Shown: piece by piece, positions 18,522 through 28,988 of the stretch
How positions within the stretch are numbered: the first letter of the stretch is position 1
Layout of the letters: each line of letters starts with the position of its first letter
Source: Candidatus Eiseniibacteriota bacterium
GTDB lineage: Bacteria; Eisenbacteria; RBG-16-71-46
DNA length: 64,000 nt
NCBI GenBank assembly: GCA_044223005.1
Contig: JBGAML010000007.1
Coordinates: 143,607 to 207,606 of the forward strand
Reading direction: 5' to 3'
Position numbers and translations under genes: made by a program
Notes under the pieces: generated by a model
Databases searched by the model: none
What the model saw: the letters and a program-made list of their open reading frames with translations, nothing else
Told to the model about the DNA's origin: nothing

Positions 18522-19745
18522 TCAGCGGCGGAACGCGCGCGCGATCTTGCGGACGGCGTCGCAGACGTCGTCGGCGTCGCGATCGCTCATCCGCGGGAAC
18601 AGCGGCAGCGTGATCGCGCGGCGGAACGCGTCCTCGGCGACCGGGAACGATTCGGGCCGCGCCTGCAGGCTGTCGCGGAAGTGCGGGTGGCGGTGGATCG
18701 GGATGAAGTGCACCGACGTCCCGATGTTCTCCGCGCGCAGTTCCGCGATGAACCGGGCCCGGTCGATGGTCAGCCGTTCCAGCTCGAGCGCGATGGGGAA
18801 GAGGTGCCAGGCGTGCGTGACGTCCGGGCGCGCGACCGGCGTGCGGACCTCGGGCACGTCGGCGAGGTTGGCGCGCATGCGCTCCACCAGCTCGGCGCGG
18901 CGGCGCTGGAACTCCGGGAAGCGGTCGAGCTGCCCGACGCCGATCGCCGCGAGCACGTCGCTCAGGTTGTACTTCCAACCGGGCGCCACGACCTCGTAGA
19001 ACCACGAGCCCGTGTCGCTGTAGCGCTTCCACGCATCGCGGCTCATGCCGTGCAGGCTCAGCAGCTGGATGCGTTCGGCGATCGCCGGATCGTCGGTGAC
19101 CGCGGCGCCGCCCTCGCCGGTGCTGAGGTTCTTGGTGGCGTAGAACGAGAAGGCGGTCACGTCGGCGAGCGAGCCCACGGGCCGGCCGCGGTAGGCGGCG
19201 CCCAGCGCGTGCGCGGCGTCGTCCACGATCTTGAGGCCGTGCGCCGTCGCGAGCGGCTGCAGCGCGTCGTAGTCGCAGGGCTGGCCGCCGTAGTCGACCG
19301 TGAGGATCGCGCGCGTGCGCGGGCCGATCGCGGCCTCGACGTGGCGCGGGTCGAGGTTCAGCGTGTCCGGTTCGACGTCCACCAGCACGGGCTTCGCGCG
19401 GACGTGCTCGATCACGTTGACCGTCGCGGCGAACGTCCACGTGGACGTGATCACTTCATCGCCGGGTCCGATGCCGAGGGCCTCCAGCGCGAGGTGCAGT
19501 GCGCCGGTCGCGCTGTTCACGGCCACGGCGTGCTTCGCGCCGGCGATTTCGGCGACGCGCTTCGCGAGTTCCTGCGTGCGCGGCCCCGTCGTGATCCAGC
19601 CGGATTCGAGCGACTCGAGCACGAGCTGCTTCTCGCGCTCGCCGATCCACGGCACGGCGATCGGCAGGAACGTGTCGCGCACGGGGCGCCCACCCTGCGA
19701 GGCGAGCGCGCCGGTGGGCGTCTCGGAGGCGTTGGGATCGATCAT
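18522..19745 (-). CDS. DegT/DnrJ/EryC1/StrS PLP-dependent sugar aminotransferase
   Basis: SGWITTGP, NSATGALH, DAAHA, FSFYATKNLSTGEGG (PLP Lys). Confidence 0.95.
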   Translation of the reverse strand: MIDPNASETPTGALASQGGRPVRDTFLPIAVPWIGEREKQLVLESLESGWITTGPRTQELAKRVAEIAGAKHAVAVNSATGALHLALEALGIGPGDEVITSTWTFAATVNVIEHVRAKPVLVDVEPDTLNLDPRHVEAAIGPRTRAILTVDYGGQPCDYDALQPLATAHGLKIVDDAAHALGAAYRGRPVGSLADVTAFSFYATKNLSTGEGGAAVTDDPAIAERIQLLSLHGMSRDAWKRYSDTGSWFYEVVAPGWKYNLSDVLAAIGVGQLDRFPEFQRRRAELVERMRANLADVPEVRTPVARPDVTHAWHLFPIALELERLTIDRARFIAELRAENIGTSVHFIPIHRHPHFRDSLQARPESFPVAEDAFRRAITLPLFPRMSDRDADDVCDAVRKIARAFRR

Positions 19746-19751
19746 GCAGCC

Positions 19752-19757
19752 AGTGTA
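19752..19757 (-). promoter_or_regulatory. -10 element (TACACT) for a probably leaderless aminotransferase mRNA
   Basis: TACACT 6 nt before the ATG, no SD. Confidence 0.5.
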
Positions 19758-19816
19758 GGGCTCGCGCCACCTCCGGCGCCAGCGCGGACACGCTGAGCCG
19801 AGAGGAACCGTCCCCC

Positions 19817-21355
19817 ATGCATCCGCGCAAGTTCATCCGCGATTCGATCGGCTACGCCTTCGCCCAGTACGTGGTGCGGGCGACGCTCATGCTGCGCGGC
19901 CTGATCGCCGCGCGCGTGCTCGGGCCGTACCTCTACGGCGCCTGGAACGCGATCCAGATCGTGACCGAATACGGCAGCCTCGCCCCGTCGGGCTCGCAGC
20001 AGGGCCTCGACCAGATGGTGCCGCCGCGCATCGTGTCGGGCGACGCGGCGGGACTCGATCGCGTGAAGCGCGCCGCCCTGTTCAACATCGCGCTGCTCTC
20101 GGGCCTGTTCGCGATGGGCTGCCTGCTGCTCGGCACGTTCGGACACAGCCGCATGCTGCACTGGTGGGGGCTCGCCGGTATCGGGGCCGCGATGGTGTGC
20201 GCCATCTCGACCAACCTCGCCAACTACCAGACCTCGATCATGCGCTCACACGGCGACATCACGACGGCCAGCCTCTTCCTGACGCTGCAGGGCGCCGTCG
20301 GGGGCATCCTCGGGCTGGCATTGCTGCCGTGGATGAAGGCGTGGGGGCTGCTGTTCGGGTGGATGGTGGGCTGTCTCGTCGCGCTGATCTTCTCGTCGGT
20401 GCGGTCGCGGACGTTCGCGCCGCTGGTGCCGCGGCCGGCCGCCGAGAGCATCGATCTCGTGCAGATCGGCTTCCCGATGTACGTGTACCTCGCGTCCACG
20501 ATCGTGATGCGCAATCTCGACCGTCTCATCATCCTGCGCTACCTCAGCACCGACGCGCTCGGCTACTACAGCCTGTCCGTGATGGCGCTCGCGTTCCTGC
20601 TCTACGTGCCCGACTCGGTGTCGTACGTGCTCTATCCGCAGCTGCTGCGCGAATACGGCGCGTCCGGCCGCCGGCCCGAGGCGATCCGGCCGCGCGTGGA
20701 GCGGGTGCTGCAGGCGAGCTCGATCATGGTCCCGGCGATGTGCGGCGTGGCGTTCGTGCTCGCGCCGACGCTGGTGGCGCTCGTGCTGCCCAAGTTCGTG
20801 CCGGGCGTGGGCGCGCTGCGCGTGCTGTGCTTCGGCGCGGCGGCGCTCGCGTTCTCGAACCTCGCGTCCAACGTGCTCATGACGGTCGAGCGCCAGATGG
20901 TGATCATGCCCGCGGCGGTGTTCGCCGTCGTGGTGTACGCCGCGCTGGACCTCGCCGCGGTCAAGCTGGGCTACGGCATCCAGGGCGTGGCGTGGGCCAC
21001 GCTGTCGTCGTACGCCCTGAGCAGCGCGGTGCTGGTAAGCCTCGCGTTCGGTGGCCTCGGGCTGCCGGCGCGTGCCGTGTTCGCGACCGTCGGGCGGCTG
21101 TTCGCGCCGCTCGTGGTCGCGCTCCTGCTCGTGAACGGCCTCGACCGCGTGCTGCCGTGGGCCGGCTCGCACGAAACGACCTTCATGATCCTGCGGCCCG
21201 CGGTCGCGCTCGCGAGCTTCCTGCTGCTCTACGCCCTCGCGATCCGCCCGCTCACGCGCGGCATGGGGCTGCGCGCCGTGCTCGCCGAGGTCGACGTGCC
21301 CGTGATCGGCGGGCTCGTGCGCCGGCTCACCGGCGGCCGGCGGGAGGGCGCATGA
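19817..21355 (+). CDS. wzx: Second Wzx-type flippase
   Basis: ARVLGPYLYG, DRLIILRYL..LGYYSL; multi-TM. Confidence 0.85.
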   Translation: MHPRKFIRDSIGYAFAQYVVRATLMLRGLIAARVLGPYLYGAWNAIQIVTEYGSLAPSGSQQGLDQMVPPRIVSGDAAGLDRVKRAALFNIALLSGLFAMGCLLLGTFGHSRMLHWWGLAGIGAAMVCAISTNLANYQTSIMRSHGDITTASLFLTLQGAVGGILGLALLPWMKAWGLLFGWMVGCLVALIFSSVRSRTFAPLVPRPAAESIDLVQIGFPMYVYLASTIVMRNLDRLIILRYLSTDALGYYSLSVMALAFLLYVPDSVSYVLYPQLLREYGASGRRPEAIRPRVERVLQASSIMVPAMCGVAFVLAPTLVALVLPKFVPGVGALRVLCFGAAALAFSNLASNVLMTVERQMVIMPAAVFAVVVYAALDLAAVKLGYGIQGVAWATLSSYALSSAVLVSLAFGGLGLPARAVFATVGRLFAPLVVALLLVNGLDRVLPWAGSHETTFMILRPAVALASFLLLYALAIRPLTRGMGLRAVLAEVDVPVIGGLVRRLTGGRREGA

Positions 21356-23352
21356 GCGCGCCGGGCTTCCGCGCGTCGCTGCCGCTCGCGCCGCGCGTCG
21401 TGTTCGTCGCGGCGGCGCTGCTCGCGGCGTTCGCCGCCGCGCTGCCCGCGCCGCTCGCGGCTGCCGCGCTCGCGGTGACGTTCCTCGTCGCGCCGGGCGT
21501 GCTCGTCTCGCGCGCCACGTTCGGCGCCTCGTCGCGCGAGATCCCGGCCGCGGCCGCGCTCGCGCTCGCGCCCGCGCTCACGGGCATCCCGGTCGTCGCG
21601 CTCATGGCGGTGGGCGTCCCGCTCGCCGCGGCCGCGCGCGCCGTCGCGTTCGCCGTCGCCGTCGCGTCGCTGCTGCCGTCACCGGCGCGCGGCCCGGACG
21701 CTGCGCCGGGCGACGCGACCGCGCGAGCCGCGTGGCTCGCCGCAGCGGCGTGGACGCTGCTGATGGGCGCGCTGCTCGTGGGCAACCGCTACCTGCCGCC
21801 GCGCTCGGACGGCTGGTACCACGCCGCGACGACGCTGCAGGTGCTGCAGCGCGGCATCCCGCCCGAGGATCCGTTCTTCGCGGGCATCCGGATGCTCTAC
21901 TTCTGGGGGCTGCACGTGTGGGCGGCGGCCTGGCTCGCACTGGCGCCGCGACTCGCCGTGTGGACGCCGTTCGTGTGCTTCAACCTCGCGGCGGCGACGG
22001 CCGTCGTGCTCGCGATCGGCGGGCTCGCGCGGCGCCTGGGTGCCGGCCCGCGGCTCGTGGCGTTCGCGGCGGCTCTCGCCACGCTCGGCTATTCGCCGTT
22101 CGGCTGGATGCTCGTGGGTGGGCGGGCGATGACCGGCGACGTGCGTGGGCTGCCCGAACTCCGGCGGCTCGTCATGCAGGGCGTGGATCCCCTGCTCGGA
22201 TCGATGGCGGCGCGGCAGCTGCACGGTTCGATGTCGTTCTTCGGCGACAAGTACCTCGTGCTGACCCAGTTTTCGCTGGGGCTGGCGCAGTTCGCGCTCT
22301 TCGTGATCGCTGCGCTGGAACTGTCCGAGCGTCCGCGGCCGCGGGCGGCGTTCGCGCTCGGCCTGCTGGTGCTGGCGGCGCTGTTCACGCACACCGTGAT
22401 CGGCTACGTGATGCTGCTCGTCGCCGCGCCGCTCGGGCTGCTGCTGCTCGCGCGCGCGCTGCGCCGCGAGCCGGGCGCGTGGAGCGCAGTGTTCGCTCTC
22501 TCGCTCGCCGTGGTGCTGCCCCTGGTGCTGCTCTCGCCGTACCTCGTCGAGATCACCATGGGTAAGCGCGGGCAGTTCCACGCCGGATTCTCGCTGCCCA
22601 GCGTCGTGACGATGCTCGCCGGCGGGCTCGCCTACGTGGTTCCCGGGTTCGCGTGGCTCCAGGGACGGGCACGGCGTTCGCGCGAGGCGCAGCCGCTGCT
22701 GCTCGTGGCGGTGGTGCTGGCGATCCTCGCGATGAGCCTGAAGCTCCCGGAGAACAACCAGAGCAAGTTCTTCAACCTGCTCTTCCTCGTGCTCGCGGCG
22801 CCGGCGGCGTTCGCGTGGGCCGGCTGGCTCGGCGGCCGCTCGCCGCGCGTGCGCCGGATCGGCACCGTCGCGCTCGCGTGCGGCATCGTGCCCACGGCCG
22901 CGTTCGCGGTGTGGGGCTTCGCGAACGAGCACGGGCAGACGTGGCAGGGCTGGAAGCCGCCCTCCGCCGCGATGATCGAGGCGATGGCGTGGGCGCGTAC
23001 GCACACGCCGCCCGACGCCGCGTTCTGCGACATCGGCGGCGGCCAGGAGGTGCTGACCCTGGCGGGCCGCAGCGTGATCTGGGGAGGCTATTCGGGTGAG
23101 CGCGACTACGGCTACGATCCGGAGGCGATTCGCGCACGGCGCGATCTCGCCGGCTCGCTCTGCCGCGGTCTCGATCCCGGCCCATCGGGCGCGGCGCTGC
23201 TCGCGGGCTTTCCGCGGGAGGTGATCGTGATGACCCGCGCCGGCATGCCGGATTCGCTTTCGGACCACGGCCGCGTCGCGGCCCGGCCCGAACGATTCGA
23301 GCCGCTGTGGCACGACGCCGAGATCGCGTTCTGGAGGGTGCGGCGGCCATGA
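21352..23352 (+). CDS. Polytopic membrane protein, probable GT-C glycosyltransferase
   Basis: Many TMs; loop motif SDGWYH..PPEDPFF; C-terminal AMAWARTHTPPDA domain. Confidence 0.6.
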   Translation: MSAPGFRASLPLAPRVVFVAAALLAAFAAALPAPLAAAALAVTFLVAPGVLVSRATFGASSREIPAAAALALAPALTGIPVVALMAVGVPLAAAARAVAFAVAVASLLPSPARGPDAAPGDATARAAWLAAAAWTLLMGALLVGNRYLPPRSDGWYHAATTLQVLQRGIPPEDPFFAGIRMLYFWGLHVWAAAWLALAPRLAVWTPFVCFNLAAATAVVLAIGGLARRLGAGPRLVAFAAALATLGYSPFGWMLVGGRAMTGDVRGLPELRRLVMQGVDPLLGSMAARQLHGSMSFFGDKYLVLTQFSLGLAQFALFVIAALELSERPRPRAAFALGLLVLAALFTHTVIGYVMLLVAAPLGLLLLARALRREPGAWSAVFALSLAVVLPLVLLSPYLVEITMGKRGQFHAGFSLPSVVTMLAGGLAYVVPGFAWLQGRARRSREAQPLLLVAVVLAILAMSLKLPENNQSKFFNLLFLVLAAPAAFAWAGWLGGRSPRVRRIGTVALACGIVPTAAFAVWGFANEHGQTWQGWKPPSAAMIEAMAWARTHTPPDAAFCDIGGGQEVLTLAGRSVIWGGYSGERDYGYDPEAIRARRDLAGSLCRGLDPGPSGAALLAGFPREVIVMTRAGMPDSLSDHGRVAARPERFEPLWHDAEIAFWRVRRP

Positions 23353-25901
23353 AGCGTCCGGGGCGGTTCGCGGTGTTCGCGCTCGGCGGACTCGTCGTGC
23401 AGGGGCTCCTCGCGAGTGGGGCCCTGTCGGTGCTCCCGGTCGAGTGGCGGATCGTGCTCGCGTTCGCGACGCTGGTGATGCTGCCCGGCTACGGCTGGTT
23501 CGCGGCGATCGGCGCGTCTCCGCCGGGTGGAGCGTGGCTCGCGAGCGGCTGGGCGCTCGGCTTCGGTGTCGCGTGGCTCGGCGTCCAGGTCCTCGTCACG
23601 CGCGCGCTGCACGTGCCGTTCACCCTGCTCGCGACGGCCTCGCTGCTGCCGAACCTGTTGCCCTGGGTCGTGGCGTACCGGACGGCGCCGGCCGCGCCCC
23701 GCGCGGCGGCCGCCGGGGAGCGGCTCCGGGGCCCCGCCCTCGTGGCGGTCCTCGTCGCGGCGCTGGTCGCCGGCGTCCACGTGGCCCGCGTGCCCACGCC
23801 CGTCAGCTACTACACCGATTCGCCCGACCACATCGGGACGATTCGCCGCATGATGGCCGAGGGCGACGCCTTCCCGACGGACGCGTTTTTCCGCGACGCC
23901 GGCCGCGCGGGATCCGATCCGCGCAAGGGGCTCTGGCATCCGGAGGTCGCGACGATCGCGACTCTCGCTCGCGCCGACGCGCTCGATGCGTGGCGCGTGC
24001 TCGCGGCGCTCCTGGCGCCGCTGTTCGCGCTCAACGCCGCGGCATTCGCCTGGCTGCTCGGGGGCGGCGCGGCCGCGGCGGTCGGGGCGTGGGCACTCGT
24101 CCTGACCTACGGCAGCTCGCTCGCGGCGCCCTACCTGCGCGAAGCGGTGTTCGCCACCAAGCTCGCGGACCAGCTCGCGCTGGCGACCGCGACCGCGATG
24201 CTCGCCGACCTCGACGTGCGCGACCGGCGTTCCCGCGTGGGGGTGATCGCGCTGGGACTCGGCGCGCTCTCGGCCCACGTGTTCGCGTCGCTGCAGTTCG
24301 CGGTCGTCTTCGGTGCGCTGGGTGTGGGCCTGCTCGTCCAGGAACGCGGCTTCGGAGCGCGGGCTCGGCGGCTCGCGGTCACCGCCTCGCTGCTCGGGCT
24401 CGCCTGCCTGCCGTACCTGCTCTTCCGCGCGAAGGGTGCCTACGCACCCGCCAACGTGATCCACACGGAGCCCCAGGGACTGCTCACGCTCCTCGATGGG
24501 GTCCAGGTGGTGTCGTTCGGCGTGCTGTGGGACTGGCTCGGCCGGCTCTGGCTGCTCGCCCCGCTGTCGCTGGTCGCCTGGGGCCGGAATGCGTCGCGAC
24601 CGGCGGTGCTCTACCTGCTCACGACGACGCTGGCCGTCGGCACGCTGCTGTTCTTCCCGCCCGTCGTCTCGCTGCTCCAGCCCCGGCTCGGGTACCTGCT
24701 CATGCGGTTCATCTGGCTGGTCCCGCTGGCGGGCATCGTCGCGTTCGCGGTCGTCTCGCTCGTGCGAGGCGTCGCGCACGGTGGTGGGGCTCGCCGCGCC
24801 CTGTCCGTGCTGGGCCTCGCCGGAGTCGCCGCACTCGCGGCGCCGGTGCTCGGTGATGCTGCCCGTGTGCTCACACATCCGCGCGCCGCGCGCGAGGCCG
24901 ACGAGGCCGAGAGCACGCTCCGGTGGCGCGACGAACTCGCGTGGATGGATCGCGGACTGCCGGCCGGAACCGTGGTGCTGTCGGACCCCGCGACGTCGTA
25001 CTCGATCCCGATGATGACGCGCCACTGGGTGACGACGCTCGTGGACCAGCACAGCTCGCCCAACGACTCGCTCGCCCTCGATCGCATCCTCGACTCGCGC
25101 GACGCGCTCGACCCGGGGCAGCCGTACGCGCGTACGCGCGACGTGGTCCGACGCTGGGGCGCCACGGCGATCGTGCTCAACGACCGTTTCGCCGAAGCGC
25201 CCAAGCTGGACTACTGGGCGCCGCAGCACACATGGTTCCGTGCCGCCCGCGCCCGGCTCGATGCGGCGCCGCAGGCGTTCCCGCGCATCCACGACAGCGG
25301 GGACTTCGTCGTCTATGGGATCGACGCCGCGGTGCTCGACACGTTGAGCGGGGGGGCGCAGCCGCGGCCGTACGTGCGGCCGTTCGATCCGGCACGGGAC
25401 ACCACTGCGCGTCCGGGCGGCCGCAACGGCGCCGACGTGCTCTCGCTGCGGCTGTCCGCACGCTCGGCGCAGCCGGGGGACACGCTGTCGGCGGTGATCG
25501 CGTGGCACGTGCCGCGCCGGCTGCCCGCGGGCAGCTACCACGTCGCAGTCCGGTTCGAGGGCCGCCTGCCCGCGGATTTCTCGGCCCCCGCGTGGTGCGC
25601 GAAGCCGGCGCGCAAGGTCCTCGAGGGCCTGCGCCGCCATCGCTGGCGATTCCGGGACGAGCACCTTCCCGTCGGCGGCGACTACGGCGTGGATCTCTGG
25701 CGGCCGGACCAGGTGGTGAGCGATTCGTTCACGGTCGTCGTTCCCGGCGACGTCGCGCCCGGACCGTACCGGGTGGAGGTCGTGATGCTGCGGCAGCCGC
25801 ACTATCCGATTCTCCGGCTCTCGGACTACTTCTTCGACCGCGACTATTTCTCCGGGGTCGAGGTGGGCCGTCTCGACGTGCGGCCGGCCTCGGGGCGCTG
25901 A
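23349..25901 (+). CDS. Polytopic membrane protein, probable GT-C glycosyltransferase with C-terminal beta domain
   Basis: Loop motif TDSPDHIG..FPTDAFF; VVLSDPATSY; C-terminal WRPDQVVSD..PGPYRV module. Confidence 0.6.
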   Translation: MKRPGRFAVFALGGLVVQGLLASGALSVLPVEWRIVLAFATLVMLPGYGWFAAIGASPPGGAWLASGWALGFGVAWLGVQVLVTRALHVPFTLLATASLLPNLLPWVVAYRTAPAAPRAAAAGERLRGPALVAVLVAALVAGVHVARVPTPVSYYTDSPDHIGTIRRMMAEGDAFPTDAFFRDAGRAGSDPRKGLWHPEVATIATLARADALDAWRVLAALLAPLFALNAAAFAWLLGGGAAAAVGAWALVLTYGSSLAAPYLREAVFATKLADQLALATATAMLADLDVRDRRSRVGVIALGLGALSAHVFASLQFAVVFGALGVGLLVQERGFGARARRLAVTASLLGLACLPYLLFRAKGAYAPANVIHTEPQGLLTLLDGVQVVSFGVLWDWLGRLWLLAPLSLVAWGRNASRPAVLYLLTTTLAVGTLLFFPPVVSLLQPRLGYLLMRFIWLVPLAGIVAFAVVSLVRGVAHGGGARRALSVLGLAGVAALAAPVLGDAARVLTHPRAAREADEAESTLRWRDELAWMDRGLPAGTVVLSDPATSYSIPMMTRHWVTTLVDQHSSPNDSLALDRILDSRDALDPGQPYARTRDVVRRWGATAIVLNDRFAEAPKLDYWAPQHTWFRAARARLDAAPQAFPRIHDSGDFVVYGIDAAVLDTLSGGAQPRPYVRPFDPARDTTARPGGRNGADVLSLRLSARSAQPGDTLSAVIAWHVPRRLPAGSYHVAVRFEGRLPADFSAPAWCAKPARKVLEGLRRHRWRFRDEHLPVGGDYGVDLWRPDQVVSDSFTVVVPGDVAPGPYRVEVVMLRQPHYPILRLSDYFFDRDYFSGVEVGRLDVRPASGR

Positions 25902-25906
25902 CGGCT

Positions 25907-27034
25907 GTGCCGGCGGATCGCACGCTGCGGGTCGCGTTCGTCCAGGCCTCGCTCGCCATGGGCGGCGCCGAGCGGCTCGTCGAGCAACTCGTCCGCGGAC
26001 TCCCGGCGCGGGGCGTCTCGCCCGTGGTGGTGAACCTCTTCGAGCCCGGCGCGATCGGCGAGCGCCTGGCGGCCGACGGCTTCGAGGTCGCGAGCGGCCT
26101 CGCGCGCTCGCGGACCGATCTCGCGGTCCCGGGGCGGCTGGCGCGGCTCCTCCGCGAGCGGCACGTGGACGCCGTGCACGTGATCGACAGCCCACTCCCG
26201 CTCTTCTGGATCGGATTCCTGCGCCGGATGGGCGGCGCGCCGCCGTTCGTGCTCGGAGTGCACTCGACGCAGTGGACCGACCACGCGGCGCGGAGCGCGC
26301 TGGCGCTGCGCGTCGCGATCGGAGCCGCGGCCCGCGTGATCGCACTCACGGATGCGCACCGCGACCTGCTCGTGAATTCGATCGGCGTGCCGGCCCGGTA
26401 TTGCGTCGTGATCCGCTCGGGCGTCGATCTCGCGCGGTTCGACCCGTCGCTGCCGAGGGCCGATGCGAGGCGGCGGGCCGGGCTGCCCGCGGACGGCCCG
26501 CTGGTCGTGGCCGTGGCGTCGCTGCGGCCGGTGAAGAACCATCCGCTGCTGCTGCGCGCGTTCGCTCGCGCCACGTCGGGCCACCCGGGTGCGCGGCTGT
26601 TCGTCGCCGGCGACGGACCCGAACGGCCCGCGCTCGAAGCGCTCGCCGCAGAGCTCGGCGTGAGCGCGCGGGCCCACTACGCCGGACTGCGCGAGGACGT
26701 GCCGCTCCTGTATCGTGCGGCCGACGTCGCCGTGCTCGGTTCGGTCAGCGAGGCGCTTCCGGTGTCGCTCATCGAGGCGGGTGCCTGCGCGACGCCGGTC
26801 GTGGCCACTCGCGTGGGTTCGGTGCCCGACGTGGTCGAGGACGGCGTCACCGGCTGGGTCGTGGACTCCGGCGACGAGGCCGCGTTCGCGTCGCGCCTGG
26901 AGGACCTGCTGGAGGACTCGGCCCGGCGCGAGGCGTTCGGCGCCGCGGCCCGCCGGCGCGTGGAAGCGTGCTTCGACGAACGCGTCATGCTGGATGCGTT
27001 CGTGGATCTGTTTCACGACGTGTCGGGAGCCTGA
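25907..27034 (+). CDS. GT4 glycosyltransferase
   Basis: GGAER, LRPVKNH, SEALPVSLIEA..PVVATRVG. Confidence 0.9.
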   Translation: MPADRTLRVAFVQASLAMGGAERLVEQLVRGLPARGVSPVVVNLFEPGAIGERLAADGFEVASGLARSRTDLAVPGRLARLLRERHVDAVHVIDSPLPLFWIGFLRRMGGAPPFVLGVHSTQWTDHAARSALALRVAIGAAARVIALTDAHRDLLVNSIGVPARYCVVIRSGVDLARFDPSLPRADARRRAGLPADGPLVVAVASLRPVKNHPLLLRAFARATSGHPGARLFVAGDGPERPALEALAAELGVSARAHYAGLREDVPLLYRAADVAVLGSVSEALPVSLIEAGACATPVVATRVGSVPDVVEDGVTGWVVDSGDEAAFASRLEDLLEDSARREAFGAAARRRVEACFDERVMLDAFVDLFHDVSGA

Positions 27035-27044
27035 GGACAACACC

Positions 27045-28988
27045 ATGTGCGGCATCAACGGCGTCTTCCACTACCGCAGCGGTGAACCGGATCGCGAACG
27101 CGTGACCCGGCAGGCCCACGTGCAGCGCCACCGGGGGCCGGACGACTGGGGGATCTGGGCCGAAGGGCCGGTGGTCCTCGGCCAGCGCCGCCTTTCGATC
27201 GTGGACCTCTCGCCCGGCGGGCACCAGCCCATGGCCAACGAGGACGGCTCGGTCTGGGTCACCTACAACGGGGAGCTCTACAATTGGCCGGAGATGCGGC
27301 CGGCGCTCGCCGCGCGCGGGCATTCCTTCCGTGGGAACAGCGACACGGAGATGGTGCTGCACCTGTGGGAGGAAAAGGGTCCCGCGCTGCTCGAGGACCT
27401 GCGGGGCATGTTCGCCTTCGCACTCTTCGACACCCGCCAGCGCCGGCTGATGCTGGCGCGCGACCGCGTCGGCAAGAAGCCGCTCTACTACCACGACGAC
27501 GGATCGAGGCTCGTGTTCGCCTCCGAGCTCAAGAGCCTCATGCACGACCCGACGGTGCCGCGCGAGGTGGACGAGCGGGCGATCGCGGACTTCCTCACCT
27601 TCCAGTACGTCCCCGGTCCGCGATCCATCTTCCAGGGCGTGCGCAAGTTGCCCGCGGGGCACCGGCTCGTCTGCGACGCCTCCGGGCCGCGTGTCGAGCG
27701 CTACTGGTCGCTGCCCGCGGCCGCAGACCCCGGCATCGCGCCGGAGGTGGCGGTGGAGCAGCTGCGCGAACTGCTCGCAGAAGCCGTGCGCATCCGCCTC
27801 ATGTCCGACGTGCCGCTCGGCGCGTTCCTCTCGGGTGGCATCGACTCGAGCGTCGTGGTGGCGCTCATGGCGCAGGCGAATCCCGGACGCGTGCGCACGT
27901 TCAGCATCGGTTTCGAGGACCAGGACTACAGCGAGCTCGAGCACGCGCGCCGCGTGGCGCAGCACCTCGGCACGGAGCATCACGAGCAGGTGGTGAAGCC
28001 GCGCGCGCTGGATCTGATGCCCCGCCTGACATGGGGCATGGACGAACCGTTCGGGGATGCGTCGATGCTGCCGACCTGGTACGTCGCCGAGATGGCCCGT
28101 CATCACGTCACGGTGGCGCTGTCCGGTGACGGGGGCGACGAGGCCTATGGTGGCTACACGAGCTACGCGTGGGCGCGCGGCTACGCGTGGACGGACCACG
28201 TGCCGGCGCCTCTGCGGCGATTGCTCGCGGCGCCGGCGCGATTCCTCCCCGCGGAGCACGCGCTCGGGCGCCGCCTGCGGCGCGCCGGGGACGACGTCGC
28301 CGGGCGGCATCTCGAGATCTCGTCCCACTTCCTGCCGCGGGAGCTCCCGGGTCTTCTCTCGGCGTCGCTGCGGCGTTCCCTCGTGCGCCACGACCCGTAC
28401 CGGGAGGCGCGGGCGATCCACGCGCGGGCCGCGCGCGTGATCGGCGGCGTGCCGGCCCTGCTGTCGCTGGACGCGCAGACGTACATGACGGACGACGTGC
28501 TCGTGAAGGTGGATCGCACCTCCATGCTCAACTCGCTCGAGGTCCGCGCGCCGCTGCTGGATCACCGCGTGCTCGAGTACGTGGCCCGGCTGCCGTTCGA
28601 GTACAAGCTGCGCGGCGACACGAGCAAGTGGGTGCTGCGCGAGTGCGCGCGGCCGCTGCTGCCTCCCGAGATCCTGGCGCGCGGCAAGCAGGGCTTCGCG
28701 GTGCCGCTCGAACACTGGTTCGGCTCCGATTTCGGCCGGCTCGCGCGCGAGGTCCTGCTCGATCGCCGCTGCCGCGAACGCGGCTGGCTCGAGCCGGCCG
28801 CGCTCGAGCGCGAACTCGCGGGCACGGTGCCGGATCCCGCGCGCCGGGCGCGCCGGCTCTTCACGCTCGTCTGTCTCGAGCTCTGGGCGCAGTCCTGGCT
28901 CGACCGTTCGCGCGAGGCGCTCGCCACGCCCACGAGCGGTCCGCTGGAGCTTCACCCGGCCGTGCGCACGGCGGCGGGGGTGTCGTGA
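27045..28988 (+). CDS. asnB: Asparagine synthase-like glutamine amidotransferase
   Basis: N-terminal MCG nucleophile, HRGPDD, NGELYN, LSGGIDSS, SGDGGDE, KVDRTSM..SLEVRAPLLD. Confidence 0.93.
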   Translation: MCGINGVFHYRSGEPDRERVTRQAHVQRHRGPDDWGIWAEGPVVLGQRRLSIVDLSPGGHQPMANEDGSVWVTYNGELYNWPEMRPALAARGHSFRGNSDTEMVLHLWEEKGPALLEDLRGMFAFALFDTRQRRLMLARDRVGKKPLYYHDDGSRLVFASELKSLMHDPTVPREVDERAIADFLTFQYVPGPRSIFQGVRKLPAGHRLVCDASGPRVERYWSLPAAADPGIAPEVAVEQLRELLAEAVRIRLMSDVPLGAFLSGGIDSSVVVALMAQANPGRVRTFSIGFEDQDYSELEHARRVAQHLGTEHHEQVVKPRALDLMPRLTWGMDEPFGDASMLPTWYVAEMARHHVTVALSGDGGDEAYGGYTSYAWARGYAWTDHVPAPLRRLLAAPARFLPAEHALGRRLRRAGDDVAGRHLEISSHFLPRELPGLLSASLRRSLVRHDPYREARAIHARAARVIGGVPALLSLDAQTYMTDDVLVKVDRTSMLNSLEVRAPLLDHRVLEYVARLPFEYKLRGDTSKWVLRECARPLLPPEILARGKQGFAVPLEHWFGSDFGRLAREVLLDRRCRERGWLEPAALERELAGTVPDPARRARRLFTLVCLELWAQSWLDRSREALATPTSGPLELHPAVRTAAGVS

